64,000 nucleotides of DNA from Trichosphaerium sp. ATCC 40318 (lineage: Eukaryota > Protista > Tubulinea). How positions within the stretch are numbered: the first letter of the stretch is position 1; each line of letters begins with the position of its first letter. The DNA is taken from NCBI GenBank assembly GCA_038496445.1, contig JALMLS010000322.1, positions 372,001 to 436,000 on the forward strand, read 5' to 3'. This document shows, piece after piece, positions 36,706-48,089 of this stretch. The notes under the pieces were generated by a model that saw nothing but the letters and a program-made list of their open reading frames with translations, ran no database searches and had not been told where the DNA came from. Both the position numbers and the translations under genes were made by a program.

Positions 36706-38956
36706 TTATGGTTTGGACGCTTTGACTGCCTTGATATCACCGAGCTGGAATGGCATAATAAATGTGTGCATGTACTGAGAAGCATTCGCCTGTGGTATTG
36801 CCAAGCAACCCTAAAAGAAGCCATATGAGTACATTGAACACGTGACAAGAAGAAGGAAAGAAAAAAGTCGTACTTGAAGAAACTTATTTAATCTGTTTCC
36901 TCTTGCTTCTACTGCTTTTTGACCGTGTCCCTTTGGACCCATTTCTGTTTTGAAGGATACCTTTTTAATTAAATCTAACCGGCAAGTGTTAGATGATGAG
37001 TGCGGCAACATATAACTGCGTACTCTTTGAGCGTAGACGTGAGTTTAGAGTTTTAAATTGCTTGTATCTTCTGAATACAGTCCATTTTTCACCGTCTTTG
37101 AAAACAGCTATTTCGAACATGATTATTCTCTTTCCTCGTCCCTAAGGTGTGAAATAAGCATACGATTACAAAGAATGAACATAAGCAGAGACAACCACTT
37201 ACAGAAATATCGTTGAAACGACCCTTGGCCCCAACAATAGTGGCTTGATATCCTCCTTTTTTCTTGTTTCCTGTTAGGCTTGAGACCATAGAATAAAACG
37301 TTAATCGCTTCTCCTTCTTCATTTCTTTTGTTTGGTATGGTTGATCAGTTTGTCCAGCTGTAGCAGCAACTTGTGCTTTGCCTTCTGCGGACAGGGAATC
37401 AGACTCAACTGAACCACCTGACGAATTCGAAGATCGAGCTGAGGCGCTTGTAGGTAAGTCTGGTAGACGTCTGCGTGAAGTCAAAGGCGTAGGAGGAAGT
37501 GGTCGCCACCACAGTTCAGGTATGAATCCAGCTGGACAAGTAGTCGATTTTGTTTTCTTAGGCGGTTCATCAACTGTTTCTGGTCTTGTCTTTTGTGGTG
37601 ATTTTGGCGAAAGAAGTTTCATTGCTTGATTTTGTTGAGCTACAATACGTCTTGTCTTATCATCTTCGGCGCCTCTTCTAGGTGAACGTCCGTCATCAGC
37701 AGATTTACGACCAGCAATAGCTTTACTCCAGTTCCTGTAGTACGAAATACCGTTAGTAACGAAGAGAACAAAGAAAAAAAACCGAAAAAAAATCGAAAAA
37801 AAATCACGTGCTTTGATTTCTTCAACTCTTTAGATCCATTATCTATCCATATCACAGGAGCTAAATCAGTTGGAGCATTAACATCAAAAGGAGCGCTGAT
37901 ACAGAACCCATCATCCTCTTCTTCTTTTGGTGCTGCCTTTTTTGTAAAAACTGAACTTACTTTTCTAACCAGAGCAGGCTTTTTACGCTTCGAACGCGGT
38001 GATGGAGACGGAGATCTCGATCTATCACCACGTTTTGATTTCTTTGCAGGCGAAGGCGAAGGTGATGTGATAATAACAGGTGTAGTAGGTACGTTGATGG
38101 CCGGCATAGAGCTGCTTCTGGGTCTCGTTTTACGAACTATAGGTGCTGGTTTTACTTCTTCATGAATAACTTTTCTCGCTATCGAAGAACTGCTTCGTCT
38201 TCGCCTTAAAACAGGTGTACTATCTTTTCCAGGTTCATACATTGTTTGCCCTGGAATTGATCTAGTAAGGGAACTAGAACGACGTCTTCTAAGTGGTTGA
38301 TTCTGATTGGAATTTCCATCACGTGCTGTGACGAGAACAGAACTATTTCTCCGCCTCATTCTCCTTGATCCATCTACTACAGGCTCTTCTTTAACCGTTG
38401 GAGGTGGAGTACTACTTGTCTCGTTTTCATTAATAGTTGTCATTGTCTGTAATTGTGAGAAAGCAGCAAAAGATCGACTTCTTCTCATTTGTCTATTCCT
38501 TCTTCCTTTCTTTTTTTTACCCTTTTTTTTACCTTCAGGGAAAAGCTGTGTATCAATAGCTGTATCAATAAAAGCACTGAAAGCATCCTTATCAAGTGTA
38601 AGAGCTGATACAGAGCTGCTCCTTCTTCTCTCCTTTTTGTTATCACCTTCGCGATTGCGCGATCTTCCTCTATCGTCGTCTGTACGTACATCGCTACAAC
38701 AAGCAAGTTAGAGGAGGATTGCCAGACGTTCCGCTAGTAAAAAATAGCGCAAAACGTGAAACGTTATAAAGTCAGCAAAACGCTAACACAGTGCTCCATT
38801 ATTGATACTCCACATTCTATACGATATGCGTAGTATATTAAAGGGCGTAATGGAGTTTTTGGTCCTTAAAAAAGAATTGCCGCTTCAAACAACGTGATAA
38901 TTGTACCTTCTTCTTCCAATAACTAGCTTTGTAGAACGTGGTATCACCCCTTCCAT
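36706..38956 (-). CDS. PX-domain protein with an Arg/Ser-rich N-terminus (paralog 2)
   Basis: FEIAVFKDGEKWTVFRRYKQFK.LNSRL…ARG.RLNKFLQ…PFQLGDIK. Contains a GC-AG intron at 37735-37811. Confidence 0.75.
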
Positions 38957-39066
38957 GTTATGTACTGTATTGAATTATGCGAAAAGATTTTGTACCCCGT
39001 AGCGGCACCAGTACTGTTATTGGAGGTATACGCTTTCTTTTGTTGCGTAGTGAGTGTAAATGGTTA

Positions 39067-39094
39067 TGGTATGGGAACCTGAGTTGCCTGAGAA
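39067..39094 (-). promoter_or_regulatory. Conserved upstream element of PX paralog 2
   Basis: TGGTATGGGAACCTGAGTTGCCTGAGAA is identical to 46674-46701, about 100 nt upstream of both ATGs. Confidence 0.55.
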
Positions 39095-40599
39095 TGGCTT
39101 CTAAACTAAATGTTTTTTGTGAACACAAGTTCATGTGCGTTATTTCAGCATAACTGTAAACCTTTCTTTTAAGCAGTGTCCTCTTTTGTTTATTGATAAA
39201 ATAAAGCGTGTCTTGCTAACGGGGTTTGGTTTTTTTTTCGTGAACGGCACCCCAAAAGGACTGAAAACAAGCTGTTTTGTACATAATATCAACATTTTGA
39301 AACGCTCCATAGTATCCAAACAAAATCAAGTTTTCTGAAAATCCCAGCAAGCTTCTTTGTCATTGTAAAGTTTAACTAGAAGAATGACGCCATCACGATT
39401 ATCTCCAGGGCTATTAGTTGTCTCAAGATGCTGTTCATAGTGGAGTAGTACCAAAATACTTCTTATCATTCATAAATAAGCTCCATAGTGATGCTACATT
39501 GCGCAGTATAGTGTCTACCTTAAATTAATATCACATACGACTGGCTCAAGTTTTTACACAAGCCTTACAAAAGCGCAGAGTGTCCGTTTTTTCAATATTT
39601 TCGCTATGACACGTGATAGATTAGCGAGACGTGGCTTGTTTAGAAAAAAGCCACGTAACTAGCGCAGTTCACATGCGCAGTGTTTTTAGAAAGAACAGAT
39701 AAATACTGAACCGTAGAGTAGAAACACTTGGGCTGTTTGGCGAATCACAACCTCAAAAAAAATTAATGGCGCCAAAAAGAAACGCAAAAAGACTCAAAAA
39801 GTTGACATTCCGGCGTCGCCATTAAAACGTCACGTGTTTTATGATCTTTTAAAATTAATAGGATCCAAACATGTATTTATTGTCTAGGAACTGTTCAGTA
39901 CGTGTCAAGTAGTATGAGAAGGGCACTCGGGGAATTTTAATGTGCCGAAAACAAAAAAAAAACGTACTGAGATGTGTAGTATTACACAAACGTTTTACTC
40001 TGCTTGAAATTTCGCTTTGAGTGAATAATGTGGTGCACTTTACTGTTCTTTGTTTTTTTGGATAGGATACTATTACTCACCTAGATTAGGGTCAATACGT
40101 AGCTGTTGGGGAACGCTAACAAAATGGACTTGACACTACATTTCGAAAAATCTGAAAAATATCTAGTTCTACGCATCTGTGGCCAAAGACGTTGATGGCG
40201 AAACTAACTAGAACTATTCCATATTGGCTACCTAGTGATGTTACTATCATGTGATGACTGAAATAAAATAGTAGTAGAGCTAAGCGAAAAAGAACATGCA
40301 AAAGTTTTTGAATTTCGGTAGGAATCTTAGCCCGCAGAATGTCCATATATTTATTTCGCATTGGTATTAAGTGAGATCCAACATGTACCTTCAAAACCGT
40401 CAAAAAAAAGACAAAGAAAAAACAGGAACCTAATGCACTTGTCAGGCATACAGATGGATAAAAGATACTGTTTATTGTTTACATCTTGTACTGATAAGTT
40501 GGAAAGGAAGTAATCATTCTTCTTTCTATTCCCATAACTGATTAAGTTAAATAAAGATGCAACGTACATAAGTGTAGGCAGAAAAGTAATATGCACCAA

Positions 40600-40860
40600 C
40601 AGGTGCTTTAATACCTCATTAGCAACAGTATGAACTCCAGCAAGTGCTTTGATACCCTTTATCGCTCACTGTTGCCGCTGTGGCTAATAGTATGAACTCC
40701 TGCAAGTGCCGTAATGCCTTCATCTGTAACAGTGCCTCTGAGATCAATGTCGATAACCTCAAGCCGAACAGAACTCCAGCAAGTGCCTTGACTCCTTTAT
40801 CGGTTACTTTCGTGCCGTTGAGGCCAATGGTATGAACTACAGCAAGTGCATCAGCCAGCA
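40600..40860 (-). pseudogene. Frameshifted leucine-rich-repeat remnant (ALAGVHTIxLxGTxVTDxGVK units)
   Basis: Four to five degenerate repeats starting GCACTTGCxGxAGTTC, separated by indels and stops. Confidence 0.65.
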
Positions 40861-41153
40861 AAATGTTGATGTGTTTATCGCTAAAAGAAAACCCAAGAGC
40901 TAGCTTAATCAAGCTTGTGCTGATGTTGTGTTTTCACTACCCTCCGAGTCGAAAGCATAATATTATGTCTGTTATTACGTTATGCGCAGTGCTGAGCTAA
41001 ATCAAATTGAGTCACGTGACTTTTAACCTTTGATTACTATAAAATAGATTTCAGCGAAACTCGCTAACTTGTGTTGCAAGCGACTCTCGTACACAAAAAT
41101 GAAGGCAGTATAGCAGCTATCAACAAAACACCACCTCACAAGTCTAGCTTGGC

Positions 41154-42108
41154 ATGAATGAGTACAAAATCGTCGTATTCGGCGCTGAAGGCGTTGGAAA
41201 ATCATCAACAATACTACAATTTGTTCCAAAGGCATTTGTAGGACAATATGACCCAACTCTAGAAGATTGGTACACTTGCGGAGCTTATTTTTAAACTTTT
41301 AACGTTAAACAGTCTGAAAAGAGTTAAACACAACTCTAAACGCTCACTCACGTTCTAAGGTTTTGTAAGGAAGCCACCATAGACGACGAAACTGTAGTGC
41401 TTAGTGTTTTTGATTCAGCAGGAAAAGAAGAGTTCCCTGCAATGCGTGACACGGTAATAAATAACCCTAAAGAAGGTTGGACCAATCTAACAGCAGTTTG
41501 TAGTACATGACAAGGGGTAATGGCTTTATTTTGATGTACAGCATTACTGAAAGACAAACATTTGAACAGATGCCAGAATTTTTCGAGCTTATTTATAGGT
41601 AACCTCGATATATTAGTCTCCTCTTAATCTTATGCTCATATGTACTTTGCTGGGTGACTTTCCCAGTTTTTTACGTTTTCTACATTGTCGTAAACCAATG
41701 TATTACTATTTTTAGTAACATTGTGTTTTCTGGTGTTTTACATATTCTGTTAAACGTGAGAACTTACAAACAAGTTCGTCAGTTTGTGGAACCTTTTGAG
41801 AATTTGTTCAAGGCTGCTTACAAGATGTTAACATCCACAACTCTAAGTATTTGTATAGGCAGAAAGAAACGGACAGAGTTCCAATTGTGCTTGTGGGAAA
41901 TAAAGTAGACTTTGAAGAAGATAGACAAGTTACCACAGAAGAAGGATTCGAACTTGCACAAAAGAATGAATGCTTATTTTTTGAGGCATCTGCCAAAACA
42001 CGTGTCAATGTTGATGAACAGTTTTATGAACTTGTAAAAGAAATTCGTGAATATGATGGACTCAAAAATCTATCAAAACGCAAACGGAGCCTATGTTGTG
42101 TAATGTGA
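41154..42108 (+). CDS. ras: Ras-subfamily small GTPase with a CAAX box
   Basis: [17 protein letters not shown]…YDPTLED|…[12 protein letters not shown]|YM..GNGF..|…LVGNKVD…FFEASAK…CCVM. Four exons in frame. Confidence 0.93.
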
Positions 42109-42698
42109 ATAAACTGGCTGTTTACTAATAATGATTGTTAGTACTATTGTTGGGCAAGCTTTCATCTGTAATACTTGCATTCTGAAGTTGATAGTGCCTC
42201 ATGAGTGGTAGATGTTTAATTCATGCTTCAGTAAAGTGATGTGCCTCCTAGTTTTCAGAATAATGCTGTTAGCTTGCTCACAAGTGTTCATGCTCTTTAC
42301 CTTAGAGGTTGTATCACTACACATGGTAAATGATAAATAGATGAACGGCCATTGAGTTGTTAATTATGCAAGCGACTATATTTGTTTGCAACACTTGCAG
42401 CCGAATCACGTTTTGGCTGAGAAAAATCATCAACAAAAAAAAAACACTTGGCTAAGGTCAAATGTGGCTCAAATTCGTTTCCTGTAAACAGAGTCAAGCT
42501 CTTTATCTATTTAAAATTTAATAGCTTAATGGCAACAAAACGCAATGTACGCCACCTATTGTATAAACCTGCGTCATCTAACCAAATCCTTAGCTAAATA
42601 CTGTTGAATCGGTATGTAGTAATCTACTAGACCTCCCAATTGAGCTACAGCTTGATATAATTGATTTAGACTTTGAAGTTTACGTAAAATGGTCTATC

Positions 42699-43085
42699 TT
42701 GTCTAAACACACAGCGACAACTACAAGGTTTGATGAGGACTTGAGAAAACATGGTAAATGGTTGAAAAAACAATTCGGTTATGGTCACGTGAGTGGATGT
42801 TGTAGTTTTTCTCATGGTAAGAGGGAAGGAGAGTATACTCAGTGGTATGATGATGGTAAATTATGGGTAAAGAGACATTTCTCAAATGATAGAATGGAAG
42901 GTGATTACAAGTCTTGGCACAGAAATGGTCAATTGTTTTGTCATTGTAGATACGTAAATTTTGTAATGGAGGGAGATTACAAGGTTTGGTGTGACAACGG
43001 TCAATTGAAGCTACAGGGCACTTTTGTAAAAGGTGAACTGATTGGACAGTTTAAGTCTTGGTATTACAATGGTAGTAGTGAATGA
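42699..43085 (+). CDS. MORN-variant (YwqK-like) repeat protein, intronless, possibly truncated
   Basis: Four 24-aa repeats G..EG.Y..WY.NGQL. No in-frame ATG at the start, and the nearby ATG is out of frame. Confidence 0.65.
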   Translation: MSKHTATTTRFDEDLRKHGKWLKKQFGYGHVSGCCSFSHGKREGEYTQWYDDGKLWVKRHFSNDRMEGDYKSWHRNGQLFCHCRYVNFVMEGDYKVWCDNGQLKLQGTFVKGELIGQFKSWYYNGSSE

Positions 43086-43623
43086 GAGCGGAGACGAATG
43101 ATCCCATCTTCGCAGTCATGACGAAGCAATCTGCAGAAGATACAATTGGGAAAGGAAAATGATAATCCAGTCTTATAAGATAAGGCAAAATACTGGCAGA
43201 TTTGGCAGATTGTACATAAAATATACTTTGGTTGTAGTATGTTCACTTTGGTTCTTATGCTGAAGTAGAAGATAAATAAACAACTTTGATTGTTACCTTT
43301 ATGCCTTTTTTATCAATTCGTGTTGTTTAGTTTTGCAGCTACAACTGTACTCAAAGCGCAAACTCCCGATCTGTAGCACACGTGACTTTCATTTCTTACA
43401 TACATGTAAATACTCCACAGATACTGTAACAGATAGCTTGTAGAGTCGCACAATGGCTATGTTCACAAACCATCCGAAAAACTAGTTGTAGCCCAAACCA
43501 AAACAGCGGATTTTCACTGTCTCAAAAAAAACAATGAACGAAAGAACTTCTTTTAATATTGTACAAGCTTTGCAATTTATTGTTCTTCACTCTATTACAA
43601 CAGTCGTATTCCACAAAGTAGCA

Positions 43624-43860
43624 CTATGACAAAAGATTCCCACTGCATTGCGCCCATGAAACGTAGTGTGTTTTTTCTCCCCAGCTACAATGCATTTCCA
43701 CATGATAAACACAGTGATTGACCCCTCTATAGTCTCTATAACAACAACACCTGTCTATAGGCGTCTGCCGACGATTATGCCTTCTGTATCGCCTTGCATC
43801 ACATAGTGATACAATAACGAGTAATGAAACTAAGAAAAGAAGTGCTGAAGCTGCTTTCAT
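43624..43860 (-). CDS. Small secreted cationic cysteine-rich peptide (6 Cys)
   Basis: Signal peptide MKAASALLFLVSLLVIVSLCDA, mature RRYRRHNRR…CCC…C…C…C. Intronless. Confidence 0.7.
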   Translation of the reverse strand: MKAASALLFLVSLLVIVSLCDARRYRRHNRRQTPIDRCCCYRDYRGVNHCVYHVEMHCSWGEKTHYVSWAQCSGNLLS

Positions 43861-44539
43861 AGTGGTAGGTTTTGACTTTTGTCTGATTTGGAACATTGCC
43901 TAATATAGAAATGTTGTTTTCCTATCGGAAATTCGGATGCTATTAATAATGCGCTAGTGCTCCGCTACTACGCGTAAGGAATAGAACTACACATAGAAGC
44001 GCGTTGTTTTTTGTCGATACTATCGAGTGTTGGTTGCATTGGCTTTTACAAGCCTACACCACTGATGAAATGAGGTACTTGGCTTGAATAGCGCTTATTC
44101 TACAGAGTGTCAAATAGCAGATTTAAATTGCAAGCGTAGATACTTAAACTGGTGCGAGACTACAGAAACTGGTGTTGTGGGCGTATAAGCAACCGTCTTT
44201 GGTTATCGGCCACACCCAAAAGAAGCGTATGGGGAAAGCGTCTTTAATCTTTGTATCGCATACTTCTTGCAGTTGTAATAGCCATGAGGTTAACTATGCT
44301 GATAGTTTTGTGTTTTGTTCACAACTTTGGTGCAAGTGCTTTCTTTTTTAGGCGATAGCTCCTCAAACGACTTAGCACTAGTACAATTTATACGATCACG
44401 TGCTCACAATTTGATGGTTTTAAGCAGGTTTTACGTCGTCAGGCTTGCTGTTTATTTACAAGGGGTGTTAATGTACAAAGGTAAAATTGTTGGACAAAGG
44501 ATTATTTCATAAGGTAATATACATAAATGAAGAAAGGAA

Positions 44540-46579
44540 TCACTTATACTTGACTGCCTTGACATCGCCCAACTGGAATGGCATAATAAATGTGTGCATA
44601 TACTGAGAAGCATTTGCTTTTGGTATTGCTAAACAACCCTAAAAGAAGCCACATGAGTACATTGAACACGTGACAAGAAGAAGGAAAGAAAAAAGTCGTA
44701 CTTGAAGAAACTTATTTAATCTGATTCCTCTTGCTTCTACTCTTTTCTTATTGTGTAGTTTTGGTCCTAATTCTGTTTTGAAGGACACCTTTTTAATTAA
44801 ATCTAACAGAGCGTTAGAACGTTGAATAAAAGAACAACTAAAGTTCGTACTCTTTGAGCGTAAGCGTGAGTTTAACATTTTAAATTGCTTGTATCTTCTG
44901 AATATGGTCCATTTTTCACCGTCTTTGAAAACAGCTATTTCGAAACACATTGAAGACTTTCCTTTTCTCTAGAGAAGTAGAATAAGCGATCACGTTGTAA
45001 CTGTTGTACACGTACAGATACATCGTTGAAACAAGTCTTAGCGCCTACGATTGTAGCGTGGAATCCACCTCTCCTGCTGTTTCCTGTTAAGCCAGCAACC
45101 ATTGAATAAAACGTCAATCGCTTCTTCTTTTTTTTCTGTACAGTTTGATAGTATTGTTTGTCGCTTTGTCCAGCTGTTGCGGCGTTGTGAGCTTTGTCTT
45201 CATCTGAAAAACAATCTGTATCAATTACTGGATCAGACGAATCAGAAGAGCGTGTAGAAGAGGAGCTTGTAGGCGAAGATTTGGGTGAGTATTTGGGTGA
45301 GGATTTAGGTGAGGATTTGGGTGAGTATTTGGCTGGAGAACTTGTGGCTATGTCAGGTAACGCTCTAGGTGAAGCCAAGGGCGTAGGAGGAAGTGGTCGC
45401 CACCACAGTTCGGGTGTGAACTCATCTGGACATGCTGTTGACTGTGTTTTTGTAGGTGGCTTATCAATCGTTTCAGGTATTGTCTTTGGCGGCTGCGTTG
45501 GTGAAAGCGTATTGTTGTCTTTGTTTTGCGTAGTTTTGCGTTGTTTGCTTGGACTAGTTTCTGGGCTACCTCTGGAGAATACAGAAGATACTCGACGCGT
45601 GAAGCGTTTACTCTTACCCCTAAATAAACCTATGAGCAAGACAGAAATTCGAGATGTGTAGGAAAAAGATCACATAAAAATAAAAAAAAATCACGTGCCT
45701 AGATTTTTTTGACTTTATCTTTTTAAGCTTTTTACCCTTTTTATCTCCGCGCTTTGATTGTTTTGGTTGCTTGGAAGAGGTATCTGGCATACTGATAGTA
45801 GGTACAGAGCTGCTACGACGTCTTCGTCTACGGACTGACTCCTCTGGTTGCACTTCTTCTCGAAGAGCTTGTCTTCCTATTTCAGAACTACTTTTTCTTC
45901 GTCGTATAGGACTAGCCACAACAGAGGTATCGTCTTGGTATGTTCTCGTAGTAGTACGTTCTTCGAACGCGAATGGTGTCGCCATATCACTTTCGTCTAT
46001 AGTCTCCAGCTCTGAAATTGCAGGTAACTCAGAAAGAGAAGCAAACCGAAATGACTTGCTTCTTCTTACTTTTCTATTTTTCTTCTTTCTTCCTTTCATC
46101 TTTTTTTTCTCCTTAGGCATCTCTTCTATCGTAGTAAAACCAGTAACTGTAGTTGTAAACCGACCAGGCGTATTTCTATCCATCTGAAGAGCTGAAAAAG
46201 AGCTGCTCTTTCTTATACTCCTTTTCTGATAATGCGATCTTGCTCTATCACTGCCCTTTCGTTCACCTGGTTGTCTAAAGATAAAACGATAAGGAGGTAC
46301 CCAATTTACTCTGAGTAAAAAACTGCACCATGCAAAACACAAAGATTTCAAAAAAAAAGATCAAAAGCCTGAAGATCTCGCTTCAAATTCTCGAAACAGC
46401 GAATAAATACGCCCCACAGTACTCCCATATACATGGTACACGCCATGGGGATAGATAAAGTGGGGTTATACCGTTTTAGAAACAGCTGTCGCTAGGTAGA
46501 AAAAAAAACTCCAAAAGTCTCCACGTGATTGTTATTACCTTGTTTGTACATTTGGCGCGCTTGTTGAATGTGGTATCAT
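44540..46579 (-). CDS. PX-domain protein (paralog 3, closest to paralog 2)
   Basis: Shared PELWWRPLPPTPL, KRLTFYSMV..LTGN and PX motifs. Same exon structure including a GC-AG intron at 45620-45698. Confidence 0.75.
45274..45331 (-). repeat. 12-bp coding tandem repeat (SPKY/SPKS x about 5)
   Basis: Plus strand reads gaagatttgggt gagtatttgggt gaggatttaggt gaggatttgggt gagtatttgg. Confidence 0.8.
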
Positions 46580-46673
46580 CAAGTTAACTTTTTTACTCAC
46601 CAAAAGGATATTATACTAAGGTTGTATTTAGTGGCTATACGCTTATACGTTGCGTAGTGAATGCGAGTGGTTG

Positions 46674-46701
46674 TGGTATGGGAACCTGAGTTGCCTGAGA
46701 A
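46674..46701 (-). promoter_or_regulatory. Conserved upstream element of PX paralog 3
   Basis: 28-nt identity with 39067-39094. Confidence 0.55.
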
Positions 46702-48089
46702 AGGAAACGCTCTCTTCAACTAAAATATTTTGTGTGAACCACTTTTTCAGATGTGAGTTTCTCCATTTCCGAAATAACTGCTTGGTAGACAGTATTACGG
46801 AAACAGTGCGGTTTTTACTCACAGGATTATTGTAGTGAGATTTTTCGTTACAAAAACCCGAAAGGTACTTCTAATGATGCGATATTTGCTAAAAGCTCAT
46901 GTCAGTAAGGGCAGTTTTTTCTGCTTTGTATAGTGGTTTTGGTCTTACCCACTATGTGAACGTTGTACACTTACAATGCAGGAAAGCGTGCTCATTACGT
47001 TATAGGTTGCAGCAATGTATGTTGTCACTGGCCGAGGTTTGCGGGTAAATATATTTTTAACAACAAAATAAAGTAAAAATACGCAATGAGAACGTGATTG
47101 TTACGTCATACCATTTAAAGTTGGGTCGGTATCATTTCTTTTGGGAGTGTTACAGATTCACAAGTTCTATTGAGATAGGTTTTTGTAAGCAGAGTGCTAT
47201 ATCTGCCCAGTAGGAGGCCTCCAAGAGTACTGTAGTTTCGAAACACAAAAAAAAAAAAAAAAAAAAAAGCTTCACGCACCAATAACAAGCAGCATGTGCA
47301 CTAGCGCTGTGGAAATAAAAGTATGTCCTTAAAAACTAACAGTAAGTAATCTAATTTGAACTCCACATGATTTCGTGATGTTGTAATGATAAAATTTCGA
47401 AAAACCGCAAATATATTTTCTATGACGGTTCAGACTCGTGCTTTTGTTTTAACCACGCGAAGTGTGTTATTTCATGTTTACTGTTTTAAAAACAGATACT
47501 GAGCGTTACCAAAGAACACAATCTAATTTTTCTGAGTATAAACTGCGCGCCTGAGTAAGTAGAATGGCTTGTAACGACGTTCAGGTGAACCAATAGTTGG
47601 AATTGTTTTGCGCGCTAGTACAATTATGTGGACGTGTTTACGCTCAATATTTACGCCGAACAAAATTACTACTCAAAATGAACTTGAACCATAAAAGGAT
47701 CACGTGAGTTACTCATCTCAATCACTCGCCACAATACTCAGTTAAGTATAATAGACCCGTAATGCTATTTCTAGAGACATAGCATATTTTAGCCACTAGT
47801 TAGAAGTTCTACTTGTACTGTGTCTAAGCGCATGAGCGACTTCCAAAAAAGCAATTTAGTAAAGAGCGTGGTAGCTTTTTTTGTAGCGCATGCCTTGTAG
47901 CTTTACTTTAGAGACTGTTTTTGACCAATATTGTTAGCTGTCATAAGGCTGGTGCTAAAGCAACTTATACAATGAAGGCTTTTCCGAAAAATAAAAAATT
48001 TTAAAGTCTTGTCACCTTGTTTTCCCAACAAGGACAAATGTAATGTGACTTTTTTGATTTGTTATGTACATAAAATAATGAAAATGGAT

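Noticed and set aside
47248-47268. Poly(A) run as a retroelement tail
   Set aside because: No target-site duplication or element body seen, and A/T runs are common throughout.
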